A stretch of 64,000 nucleotides of DNA from positions 3,691,087-3,755,086 of the forward strand of contig CBDCYF010000005.1 in the NCBI GenBank assembly GCA_965224065.1. Reading direction: 5' to 3'. This document shows, piece by piece, positions 1-7,944 of the stretch. How positions within the stretch are numbered: position 1 is the stretch's first letter; each line of letters begins with the position of its first letter. The stretch is from Candidatus Multivoradales bacterium. Lineage in GTDB: Bacteria > Acidobacteriota > Thermoanaerobaculia > Multivoradales > JAHEKO01. The notes under the pieces were generated by a model. It saw only the letters and a list, made by a program, of their open reading frames with translations. It ran no database searches and was not told where the DNA came from. A program made the position numbers and the translations under genes.

Positions 1-1
1 G

Positions 2-136
2 AAACTCCGGCCCGCCGGCGGTCTGCTCCAGCGAGGCGGCAAAGATGTCTCTTTCTTCCCAAAAACGGAGAATCCCGAGCTCGAGCTCGGGAAAGGGGTA
101 ACCGCTCGGGAAGGTAGGGAAGCGCTTATCGGACAT
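2..136 (-). CDS. ileS: Isoleucyl-tRNA synthetase, N-terminal fragment (runs off window; type 2-like)
   Basis: Manual translation from ATG 136: MSDKRFPTFPSGYPFPELELGILRFWEERDIFAASLEQTAGGPEF, matching the IleRS2 N-terminus that precedes the FYDGPP motif. Confidence 0.8.
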   Translation of the reverse strand, partial: MSDKRFPTFPSGYPFPELELGILRFWEERDIFAASLEQTAGGPEF

Positions 137-191
137 CGCCGTCTCGGGTCTCTCGCTCAGCGGCTCGTCGTTGGGTCGCTCAGGGGGTCGC

Positions 192-1190
192 TCAGGCGGC
201 GGCGTGTTGGACCAGAAATCCCTCGAGCTTGCGGCAGAAGGCGGCCGGCGTCTCGAGATGGGGGAGGTTGCCGCCGTCCTCGAAGATCTCCAGCTCGGCG
301 CCCGGCCGGCGCTGAAGCCAGAGATCGGCGGTCTCCACAGGGGGCGACGTGGCGCCACGGCCCCAACCCAGCCATACCGGCACGTCGACGCGGGCCAGCG
401 CCTCGTCCGAGGTGTGATTGAGATAACCGCTCAGGAAGGCGGCGAGCGCCAGATGCGAGCCGGGCTGGTGGCTCGACTGGTAGTGATGCTCGACCGTTCC
501 GGCGTCGACCCGGTCGGAAGCCACATAGGTCTCGCGGCGAAGATGCCGGGCGATCGAGGCGTGGCTGGTGTACAGATTGAGGGCCGATGCCCCGAGGACG
601 GGAAGGCGCAGCATCCGATGCAACAGCGCGTCCTTGAGATCCGGCTCCTCGCCATGGAGCTCGATACCGTTCGGCACCACCAGCGCGAGGGCGGACACTG
701 CCTCGGGGCGGTCGACGGCCAGGGCCACGGAGTAGGCCGCCGAAAGACCCGCGGCGACGATCGCCGACCGGCGCCGGATGACGTCCTCGGCGAAATCGGA
801 CAGGAGTTGGATGTAGAGGCCCGCGTCGTATTCGATCCTGGGCTTGTCGGACCGGCCCCACCCGATGAGATCGGGCGCGAAAACCTCGAACCGAGAGGCC
901 AGCATCTCGCCTGCGGCCCGCCACTGTTCGCTATCGTGCCCCGGACCCAGGGAATGCAGCAGCAGGACCGGCGGTCCCTGACCGAGCCGCTGAAAAGCCA
1001 CCTCGCCGAACTTCCACGCGTAGCGGTGGCTGCGGCCCCATCCCGGAGCCGTGAGGCGGCGGTTTCGGCGCGCGATCAGGACATTGGCGAGCGCCGGCAC
1101 GCCCACCGCCGCGGCGCCGAGAAGCAGACCCCGCACCAGGCGCTTTCGTCTTCGCCGTGCCTGTTTTTCCTGTTCGCGCCGGGCGGCCAT
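192..1190 (-). CDS. Alpha/beta-fold hydrolase with N-terminal membrane anchor
   Basis: PPVLLLHSLG, APDLIGWGRS, GNLPHLE motifs; nucleophile elbow degenerate (AAGLSA). Confidence 0.8.
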   Translation of the reverse strand: MAARREQEKQARRRRKRLVRGLLLGAAAVGVPALANVLIARRNRRLTAPGWGRSHRYAWKFGEVAFQRLGQGPPVLLLHSLGPGHDSEQWRAAGEMLASRFEVFAPDLIGWGRSDKPRIEYDAGLYIQLLSDFAEDVIRRRSAIVAAGLSAAYSVALAVDRPEAVSALALVVPNGIELHGEEPDLKDALLHRMLRLPVLGASALNLYTSHASIARHLRRETYVASDRVDAGTVEHHYQSSHQPGSHLALAAFLSGYLNHTSDEALARVDVPVWLGWGRGATSPPVETADLWLQRRPGAELEIFEDGGNLPHLETPAAFCRKLEGFLVQHAAA

Positions 1191-1249
1191 GGGCCGCCGA
1201 TCTTACCAGCGGATCCGGGCCGCACGGTCGGGTTGGCGATCCGGCTAGT

Positions 1250-1747
1250 ATGGGGAGCTTGAGCGGACGTGAGCTGCTGATCCTGTGGGTGGGGCGTCAC
1301 CAGCGTCGGGAATGGAGCGAGCTGTGCGGCGAGTACCGCACGCGAATCAGCCGGATGGCTCCGGTCCGGGAACGGTTTGTAAAGCTCAAGTCTGCGGGTG
1401 GGGGCCCGCGCCGGCTCACAGACGAGGCGAGGGCGTTGCAGGCGGCGTTCCCGGATCCCGCCTGGGTCGTGGCCCTGGACCGGCGCGGCCGGGCGCGCTC
1501 TTCCGAAGAGCTCGCGGCCTGGCTGTCGCGTCTTCGCCGGGACTGGCCGCATCCGGTCGTTTTCGCGATCGGCTCCGACCTGGGGCTCGCCCCCGAGCTC
1601 CTCGAAGGCGCCCGCGAGAGGCTCTCGCTGGGCCCGCTGACGCTCCCCCACGAACTGGCCCGTTTGGTCCTTTACGAGCAGCTTTATCGGGCTCTTTGCA
1701 TCGAGGCGGGAATAAAGTACCATCGCCAGCCGTTGGGAGGATGTTAA
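1250..1747 (+). CDS. rlmH: 23S rRNA (pseudouridine1915-N3)-methyltransferase
   Basis: VALDRRG..SSEELA, FAIGSDLG, LSLGPLTLPHELARLVLYEQLYRA..I..G..YH SPOUT signature; start ATG 1250 or TTG 1259. Confidence 0.93.
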   Translation: MGSLSGRELLILWVGRHQRREWSELCGEYRTRISRMAPVRERFVKLKSAGGGPRRLTDEARALQAAFPDPAWVVALDRRGRARSSEELAAWLSRLRRDWPHPVVFAIGSDLGLAPELLEGARERLSLGPLTLPHELARLVLYEQLYRALCIEAGIKYHRQPLGGC

Positions 1748-1784
1748 GGCGTCGGCGGCGCCCGTTGGGAGGAAGGAGAGCGGC

Positions 1785-2174
1785 TTGCCCAGGACCACGC
1801 AGACCAAAAAGCGGACCAAGGCCCAGCTCGAAGCGATCCGCCAGCGGCTGGACCGGCAGCGCAAAGAGATCCTGTCGATGTACGAGCACGATCTGCGGGT
1901 CGGCCAGGGCGCCAGCGATGAGGGCGCGGAGGACCTGGTAGATCGCGCCAACAGCGCCTACAACCGGGAGTTCATGCTCTCTCTCTCCGACAGCGAGCGC
2001 ACCATCCTGCTCGAGATCGAGGACGCCATGGCCCGGCTCGACGACGGTGGCTATGGCGTGTGCAGCCACTGCGAGGAGACGATCGCCGCCAGAAGGTTGC
2101 AAGCGGTTCCGTGGGCGCGTTATTGTGTCGACTGCCAGGAGCTTTCCGAGCAAGGGATGCTCTACGAAAGTTGA
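1785..2174 (+). CDS. TraR/DksA family C4 zinc-finger protein
   Basis: Coiled coil with DLVDRA tip, YGVCSHC..I..RRLQAVPWARYCVDCQ. Confidence 0.9.
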   Translation: MPRTTQTKKRTKAQLEAIRQRLDRQRKEILSMYEHDLRVGQGASDEGAEDLVDRANSAYNREFMLSLSDSERTILLEIEDAMARLDDGGYGVCSHCEETIAARRLQAVPWARYCVDCQELSEQGMLYES

Positions 2175-2193
2175 CTTCGGCAATCGCAGCCAC

Positions 2194-2389
2194 CTAGCAT
2201 CGCCGAGGAGCGGCAACGAGGCAGATGGCTCTACACAGTCTGCAACCCGAAGGGCGACAAGGGGTTACGGCACACCTGCTGCGTTGTTCGTCGTCGACGA
2301 TGACACCGCATCGACTCCTCCTCACGCCTCGCAGGCGTACCGTAAGACCTTGTCGCGCGACCCTCTGGACTTCTACCACGGGCTGCTAG
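2194..2389. repeat. CTAG-bounded structured intergenic element (MITE-like)
   Basis: Ends CTAGCA...TGCTAG; long imperfect internal stem GCGACAAGGGGTTACGG...CCGTAAGACCTTGTCGC; shares CTGCTGCGTT...GCCTYGCA with the element at 35468. Confidence 0.55.
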
Positions 2390-3796
2390 ATGCGGCTCAG
2401 GACGTTCCTAGGAATCCTCGCAGCCCTCGTTGTCGTCGTCGCCGTCGCCTATCTCTCCAATCAAAACACCGCGCTCCTCGCGGAGCGTTTCTCGCTTTCT
2501 GAGACCGCCTCGATACCGGTGTACGCCGCCCTATTGGCGGCGTTTCTCCTCGGCTTTCTTCCCGCGGTCAGCGTCCTGCTGACCAAGACGCTCCAACAGG
2601 AGCTGGCCCAGCGGCGGAAGCGCAAGATCGATCGCGAGGCCAAAAGCCGGGCCGGCAGCTTTCGGCGGGCGGTGGACTTCGAGGCTGATGGCCTGTGGGC
2701 CAAGGCGGCCGCCGAGCTGGAGAGCTGTCTCGCGGACCGGCCCGAGGATTTCTCGACGTTGCTCCGCTACGGGGAGGTACTGCGCCGCCAGGGACGCTTC
2801 GATGAGGCCGTCGAGGTGCACCGGCGCGCGTCAGTGCTCTATCCCCGAAGTGTGGCGGTGCTGTACCAGCTCGCCGCTGACTACGAGGCGAGGGGCGAAG
2901 GCGAGGTCGCCGCCCAGATTCACGACCGCATCCTGCGCGATTTTCCCGGGCAGGGACTCAAGACCTTGAGAGACAGGCGGGACACGGAGCTGGCCGGGGG
3001 CAACTGGCGGGGGGCTGCGCGCCTCCACGAGAAAATCGAAAGCCTGGGCTCGGAAGGCGATCGCGCCGACGGGCACCCGGAGGAAGACGGCGTGCGGCTG
3101 GGGCTGGCGTACCAGCGGGCGGTGGACTGTCTGGAGGGCGATCAACTGGCCGAGGCCCGCCGAAGGCTGGAGGAAGTGCTTGCGATCGAGCCGCGGTTTG
3201 TGCCCGGCCTCATTCTGCGGGGGGAGATCTCCCTGGCTGCGGGCAACGACCAGGAAGCGGTGACGGCGTGGCGCAAGGGGTTCGAGACCACCGGCAGCCC
3301 GGTTTTCCTGTTGCGGATCGAGGACCACTTCATCGATCGGGAGAAGCCACTCGAGGCCATCGAGACACTTCACCGGCTGATCGCCGACAGCGACAACGAC
3401 ACGCTTCCCAAGTTCTCTCTCGGCCGGCTCTACTACCGGTTGGAGATGCACGACGAAGCACTGCGCGTGCTCGAGCCCATGCGCGAGCGGCTCGAGGCAT
3501 CGCCTACCTACCACTACCTGCTGGCCCGGATCCACCAACGGCGGGGTGAAGCGGGACGGGCGGTGGAGTCGTATCAGGCGTGCGTCCAGCACGCCGGCGT
3601 CGCCGCGACCGAGTTTCGTTGCCGTCTTTGCGACACTCGATACGAGGAGTGGCTCGACCGCTGCGATGTCTGTGGCTCTTGGAACGCGGTGGAGCTCGAT
3701 TTCGAGGAGCAGACGCTGTCGGCCGAAGAGCTCGGTCTTCAACAGGCGGCCGTGCGGGCGGTCTACGAGCGCAAGGCCTGGCGCTCCGACGACTGA
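2390..3796 (+). CDS. lapB: LapA-LapB-like LPS assembly protein (2 TM + TPR + rubredoxin-like domain)
   Basis: N-terminal TM-NQN-TM LapA-like unit, TPR array, C-terminal CRLC...CDVCGSW. Confidence 0.75.
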   Translation: MRLRTFLGILAALVVVVAVAYLSNQNTALLAERFSLSETASIPVYAALLAAFLLGFLPAVSVLLTKTLQQELAQRRKRKIDREAKSRAGSFRRAVDFEADGLWAKAAAELESCLADRPEDFSTLLRYGEVLRRQGRFDEAVEVHRRASVLYPRSVAVLYQLAADYEARGEGEVAAQIHDRILRDFPGQGLKTLRDRRDTELAGGNWRGAARLHEKIESLGSEGDRADGHPEEDGVRLGLAYQRAVDCLEGDQLAEARRRLEEVLAIEPRFVPGLILRGEISLAAGNDQEAVTAWRKGFETTGSPVFLLRIEDHFIDREKPLEAIETLHRLIADSDNDTLPKFSLGRLYYRLEMHDEALRVLEPMRERLEASPTYHYLLARIHQRRGEAGRAVESYQACVQHAGVAATEFRCRLCDTRYEEWLDRCDVCGSWNAVELDFEEQTLSAEELGLQQAAVRAVYERKAWRSDD

Positions 3797-3804
3797 GTGA
3801 ATCC

Positions 3805-5271
3805 GTGGGCGTGACGCTCGAAGAGCTGCTGGGCGCGGTCGAGAGCGGCGACACACAACCTCTTTACCTGGTCGCCGGCGACCGGATACTGGCCGAGCCC
3901 GGCGCCGAGCGGCTGGCGGCACGACTGGCCCAAGTGGTCGGCTGCGAGCCCGAGATCCATCGGCGCCCGGCGGATCTCGACGATCTGATGGTCGATCTCA
4001 ACACCTACTCGCTCTTTGGCGGTGGCAAGGTCCTGGTCGCCGTGGAGACGGCGGTGTTTGCCGATCTGTCGGCCGCCGCCAATCTGGTCGACGAAGCCCT
4101 CGAGGTCCTGCCCTTGTCGGCTGGAGACGGCGAGCTGACCGGACCGGAAAAGCGCTCGGCGCTCCGGCTCCTGCAGGCCATCCGCCTGTTCGAGGTCGAT
4201 CCCTACGCCGGTGACCCGACGAGCGTGATGGCCGAGCTGCCCGTCACCGCGTTCCAGGGCGGCACGGCGTACCGTCGCAAGAGTCGCCGCGCGCGGCCAC
4301 GTGGCAAGGCCGAGAAGCTGCGGGGCGAGCTGGTGCCGCTTTTGGCGCGGGCTCGCGAGCAGGGGCTCGAGGGGCGGGCGGACTCCGCGGCCACCTTGCT
4401 GGCGGAGATCGTAAACCGCGGCCTACCCGAGGGGCATCACCTGGTACTGGCCGAGAGCTCGGTGGCCACCGAGCATCCGGTGGTCTCGGCGCTTTCCGAA
4501 AAGGGAGCTCTGGTACGGGTGGGGGAGATCGAGGTCGACCGGCGCAAGGGCTTTGTCGGTCTCGAGACCGCCGGCCGGGAGCTTGGCCGTCAAACCGGGG
4601 TGACGGCCGATGCCGACGCCGTTCGCGAGCTCGCGCGCCGTACACTCAAGCACGCGTCCCGCGGCCGTTCCGCAGAGACCGTGGACCCCGAGAGCGCCGG
4701 CCGGTTCGCCGCCGAATATCGCAAGCTCGCCGCCCTTGCGGGCGATGGCCGGATCACCACCGAGCTGGTCCGCGAGACGATCGAGGACCGTGGCCAGGAA
4801 GATGTCTGGAAAGTCCTGGACGCCATCGGCGCCGGCGATGGGGGCGGAGCGCTGGCGCGGATCGACCGGCTGATGGCGGCATCCGAGGACGAAGTGGCCA
4901 CCCGGCTCTCGCTTTTCGGGCTGGTGGCCGGCTTTTGCCGCCAGCTCTCGGCGCTCGCCGGGATGCTCTCGGCGGGCGCGGCTCCGCCCGGCGAGCGCAA
5001 CTACCACCGGTTCAAGTCACGGATCGCTCCCAAGCTCCAGGCGCCGCTGGAAGATGGACGCGACAACCCGCTGGCCGGTCTCCATCCGTTCCGGCTCCAC
5101 CGGGCCTATCTCGCCGCCTCGGGCCTGTCGGCCGTCGAGATGGCAAAGCTGCCGGCACGGGTCCTCGAGACCGAGGTGCAGATGAAAGGCGACAGCCGCT
5201 CGCCGGACGTGGCGCTGACGGCGCTGGTGGCGCATCTGGCCGGCCTGCGGCAAAACGCCCGGAAAGCCTGA
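3805..5271 (+). CDS. holA: DNA polymerase III delta subunit-like protein
   Basis: PLYLVAGD, LNTYSLFGGGKVLV, EYRKLA..AGDGRIT..LV, VWKVLDAI, LHPFR, ETEVQMKG; start GTG 3805/3811 inferred. Confidence 0.7.
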   Translation: MGVTLEELLGAVESGDTQPLYLVAGDRILAEPGAERLAARLAQVVGCEPEIHRRPADLDDLMVDLNTYSLFGGGKVLVAVETAVFADLSAAANLVDEALEVLPLSAGDGELTGPEKRSALRLLQAIRLFEVDPYAGDPTSVMAELPVTAFQGGTAYRRKSRRARPRGKAEKLRGELVPLLARAREQGLEGRADSAATLLAEIVNRGLPEGHHLVLAESSVATEHPVVSALSEKGALVRVGEIEVDRRKGFVGLETAGRELGRQTGVTADADAVRELARRTLKHASRGRSAETVDPESAGRFAAEYRKLAALAGDGRITTELVRETIEDRGQEDVWKVLDAIGAGDGGGALARIDRLMAASEDEVATRLSLFGLVAGFCRQLSALAGMLSAGAAPPGERNYHRFKSRIAPKLQAPLEDGRDNPLAGLHPFRLHRAYLAASGLSAVEMAKLPARVLETEVQMKGDSRSPDVALTALVAHLAGLRQNARKA

Positions 5272-5292
5272 CCGCGGGTTGAAAAGGTCCGG

Positions 5293-6228
5293 CTAGCGCG
5301 GAAACCCGTAGCGCAACCTCAGGCGGAAGAAGGTCTCCAGCACCCGGTCCCGGTCGTCATTCGAGAGATACTCGCGGCGCCCGTACATCCGCCGATAGAC
5401 CGTCTCGAGGGCCGGGAACTCGCTTCGCAGCCACGGCCAGAACCGGGCTCGCGCGGCCGGTTTCAGAAACAGCGGGCTCGGCACGACGTCAAAGGCGCCG
5501 CCGTCGCGCGCCGCTTCGAAGAGCGGCTCGAGCTCGTCGGGTCCGTCGTTGATCTCCGGCATCACCGGCATACAAAAGACACTCGTGCCGATCCCGGCGG
5601 CGGTCAGCCGGCGCAGGGTGCGAAGCCGGGCCTGCGGGTCGGGCGCCCTTTGCTCGAGGCGCCGCGCCAGCGCCGGATCGAGAGTGGTCAGGGTCAGATG
5701 GACCGTGATCGAGTGCTTGCGGTCGAGCTCGACCAGCAGATCCAGGTCTCGCAGGATGAGGGGAGACTTGGTGGTGATCGAGATCTGGAGGCCTTCGGCG
5801 CCGCGCAGCGTCTCCAGGATCGACCGGGTCACGCCGTAGTGTTTCTCGGCGGGTTGGTACGGGTCGGTCGCGGTGCCGATCGATATCGGCTGGTGGCGCA
5901 GATCGCTCTTGCGCAGCCGGCGCTCGAGCGACTCGGCCGCCCCTTGCTTGACAAAGATCCTGCGCTCGAAGTCCCTCCAATTTCGCAGCTCGAAGAACGA
6001 GTGGGTGTAGCGGGCGTAGCAATACGTACATCCGAACTCGCAGCCGCGATAGGGATTGATCGTCCACGCAAACGGCATCCGTGGGTTGAGACAACGGTTG
6101 AGCACATTGCGAACCGGTAGCTCGTGATACTCCACGCCGCCCAGCGAACGGATCGCGGTCGCATCGGGGTCGGGTCGCCCGAGGGGCTGGAGAACGGGGA
6201 GGAGGGGAAGGGTGGCCTGGTGACTCAT
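5293..6228 (-). CDS. Radical SAM protein, SplB-like (Rv2578c/PA0069 type), putative DNA repair
   Basis: INPYRGCEFGCTYCYAR (CxxxCxxC), GTATDPYQPAE, ITTKSPLILRDLDLL. Confidence 0.88.
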   Translation of the reverse strand: MSHQATLPLLPVLQPLGRPDPDATAIRSLGGVEYHELPVRNVLNRCLNPRMPFAWTINPYRGCEFGCTYCYARYTHSFFELRNWRDFERRIFVKQGAAESLERRLRKSDLRHQPISIGTATDPYQPAEKHYGVTRSILETLRGAEGLQISITTKSPLILRDLDLLVELDRKHSITVHLTLTTLDPALARRLEQRAPDPQARLRTLRRLTAAGIGTSVFCMPVMPEINDGPDELEPLFEAARDGGAFDVVPSPLFLKPAARARFWPWLRSEFPALETVYRRMYGRREYLSNDDRDRVLETFFRLRLRYGFPR

Positions 6229-6266
6229 TTACGCTTTATTTTCACCTATGGGCGTAAAACTGTCAA
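6228..6266 (-). promoter_or_regulatory. Sigma70-type promoter with overlapping inverted repeat
   Basis: Minus strand TTGACA (6266-6261)-N17-GAAAAT (6243-6238); TTTACGC (6228-6234) / GCGTAAA (6252-6258) inverted repeat. Confidence 0.6.
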
Positions 6267-6315
6267 GAGGCCCATGAATCGGGCCTTTTCTGGGCATCGA
6301 AGCTACAATCCGACA

Positions 6316-7140
6316 GTGCCGGAGCTACCGGAAGTCGAGGTCCTGCGGCGCTCGTTAAAACCGCGGCTCCGGGGCCGTCGCATCGAACGGGTCCGGGTGC
6401 GCCAGCCCGCCCTGCGCGAGCCCGTCAGCCCCCAGGGCCTGGGCCGATCGTGTACCGGAAGAACGATCATCGCCCTCGGCCGGCGCGCCAAGTACCTGCT
6501 CATTGGGCTGGAAAGCAACCGGACATTGGTGATTCACCTTGGGATGAGCGGCCGGCTGACGGTCGCGCCTGTCGAGACGGCTCCCGAGCCTCACGAACAC
6601 GTGAGCTTTGCGCTCGACGATGGGCAAAAGCTCAGGTTTCGCGACCCGCGGCGGTTTGGTCTGGTTCTGTCGTTGCCGACCGACCGGCTGCACGCCGATC
6701 GGCATTTCGCGCACCTGGGGGTCGAGCCGCTCGGCGACGGCTTCGACGGCGACGCTCTGGCCCGGGCGGCTGCCGGCCGGAGGGGGCCGGTCAAGAGCTT
6801 TTTGATGAACGCCGGCATCGTGGTCGGCGTCGGCAACATCTACGCTTCCGAGGCCCTCCACCGCGCGCGGATCCACCCCGGCCGGTCGGTCTCTCGCATC
6901 TCGGCGGTCCGTTGGGAGCGGCTGGCGGCCGCGACGCGGGCGGTCCTCGAACGGGCGATCGAGGAGGGTGGAACCACCCTCAACGACTTTACCGACGGCG
7001 ATGGGGAAGCCGGCTACTTCCAGGTCTCGCTGACGGTCTATGGGCGCGAGGGCGAGCCCTGTCCGCGCTGCGGGCGATCCATCCGGCGCTTGGTCCAGAC
7101 CGGCCGGAGCACCTTCTACTGCCCGGGCTGTCAGCGCTAG
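6316..7140 (+). CDS. mutM: Formamidopyrimidine-DNA glycosylase
   Basis: GTG-PELPEVE, RRAKYL, HLGMSG, DPRRFG, GVGNIYASE, C-terminal CPRC..CPGCQ zinc finger. Confidence 0.97.
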   Translation: MPELPEVEVLRRSLKPRLRGRRIERVRVRQPALREPVSPQGLGRSCTGRTIIALGRRAKYLLIGLESNRTLVIHLGMSGRLTVAPVETAPEPHEHVSFALDDGQKLRFRDPRRFGLVLSLPTDRLHADRHFAHLGVEPLGDGFDGDALARAAAGRRGPVKSFLMNAGIVVGVGNIYASEALHRARIHPGRSVSRISAVRWERLAAATRAVLERAIEEGGTTLNDFTDGDGEAGYFQVSLTVYGREGEPCPRCGRSIRRLVQTGRSTFYCPGCQR

Positions 7141-7178
7141 CAAAAGACTACAATGCAGATCGTGGAGACAAGCTTGCC

Positions 7179-7814
7179 GTGAGCCGACCGGTGGCTCTGG
7201 GAGTGGCCGGCGGGACCGGCTCGGGAAAGACCACGGTCGCCCGCGCCATCCTGGACGCCGTCGGTCCCGGCCGCATCGCCTTTCTCGCCCACGACAGTTA
7301 CTACAAGGACGTCGAGTGGCCGAGCGAGGAGGCGTTGCGGCGCCATAACTTCGACCACCCGGACGCGCTCGACAATGATCTGCTGATCGAGCATGTCGAC
7401 GCGCTCAAGGCCGGGGAGCCGGTCGAGGTCCCGGTCTACGATTTTGTCTCCCACCGGCGACGGTCCGAGACCCGGCGGGTCGAGGCGCGTCCGGTGATCC
7501 TGCTCGAAGGCATCCTGCTGTACTCCGAGCCCCGGCTGCGCGACCGGTTGGATTTCAAGATCTACGTCGACACCGACGCCGACGTGCGCTTTATCCGGCG
7601 GCTCGAACGCGACCTCAAAGAGCGGGGCAGGACGATCGACAGCGTCATCGGCCAGTACCTCGGGACCGTGCGGCCGATGCACCTGGAGTTTGTCGAGCCG
7701 TCGAAGCGATGGGCGGACGTGATCGTGCCCGAGGGCGGGGAGAACAAGGTGGCGCTCGAGATGGTGATCGCGCGGGTGGAGCAGTTGCTCGAACTCGACG
7801 GGTTCAAGGTGTAG
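7179..7814 (+). CDS. udk: Uridine kinase
   Basis: GVAGGTGSGKTT P-loop, DSYYKD, NFDHPDA, VRPMHLEFVEPSKRWAD. Confidence 0.95.
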   Translation: MSRPVALGVAGGTGSGKTTVARAILDAVGPGRIAFLAHDSYYKDVEWPSEEALRRHNFDHPDALDNDLLIEHVDALKAGEPVEVPVYDFVSHRRRSETRRVEARPVILLEGILLYSEPRLRDRLDFKIYVDTDADVRFIRRLERDLKERGRTIDSVIGQYLGTVRPMHLEFVEPSKRWADVIVPEGGENKVALEMVIARVEQLLELDGFKV

Positions 7815-7827
7815 GTCCCAGCCGGCC

Positions 7828-7879
7828 GGGCCGAGGCAAGCCCGGCCCCTACTGAAGCGGCCGCCGCCTCTGGCGGCCG
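7828..7879. repeat. Composite REP site: inverted GTAG-type REP abutting a TGAAG-type palindrome
   Basis: 7828-7852 reverse complement GTAGGGGCCGGGCTTGCCTCGGCCC; 7853-7879 TGAAGCGGCCGCCGCCTCTGGCGGCCG; relatives at 42959 and 39075. Confidence 0.7.
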
Positions 7880-7944
7880 TTGGCTTCGCCATCACCCCGT
7901 GTTCGGCCGGCAGGGTCGCCGGCGGCTTCGAGTCTCAGCCTCGA

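Noticed and set aside
5272-5296. GGGTTGAAAAGGTCCGGCTAG as an IS or MITE end
   Set aside because: Too short, and no partner end was found.
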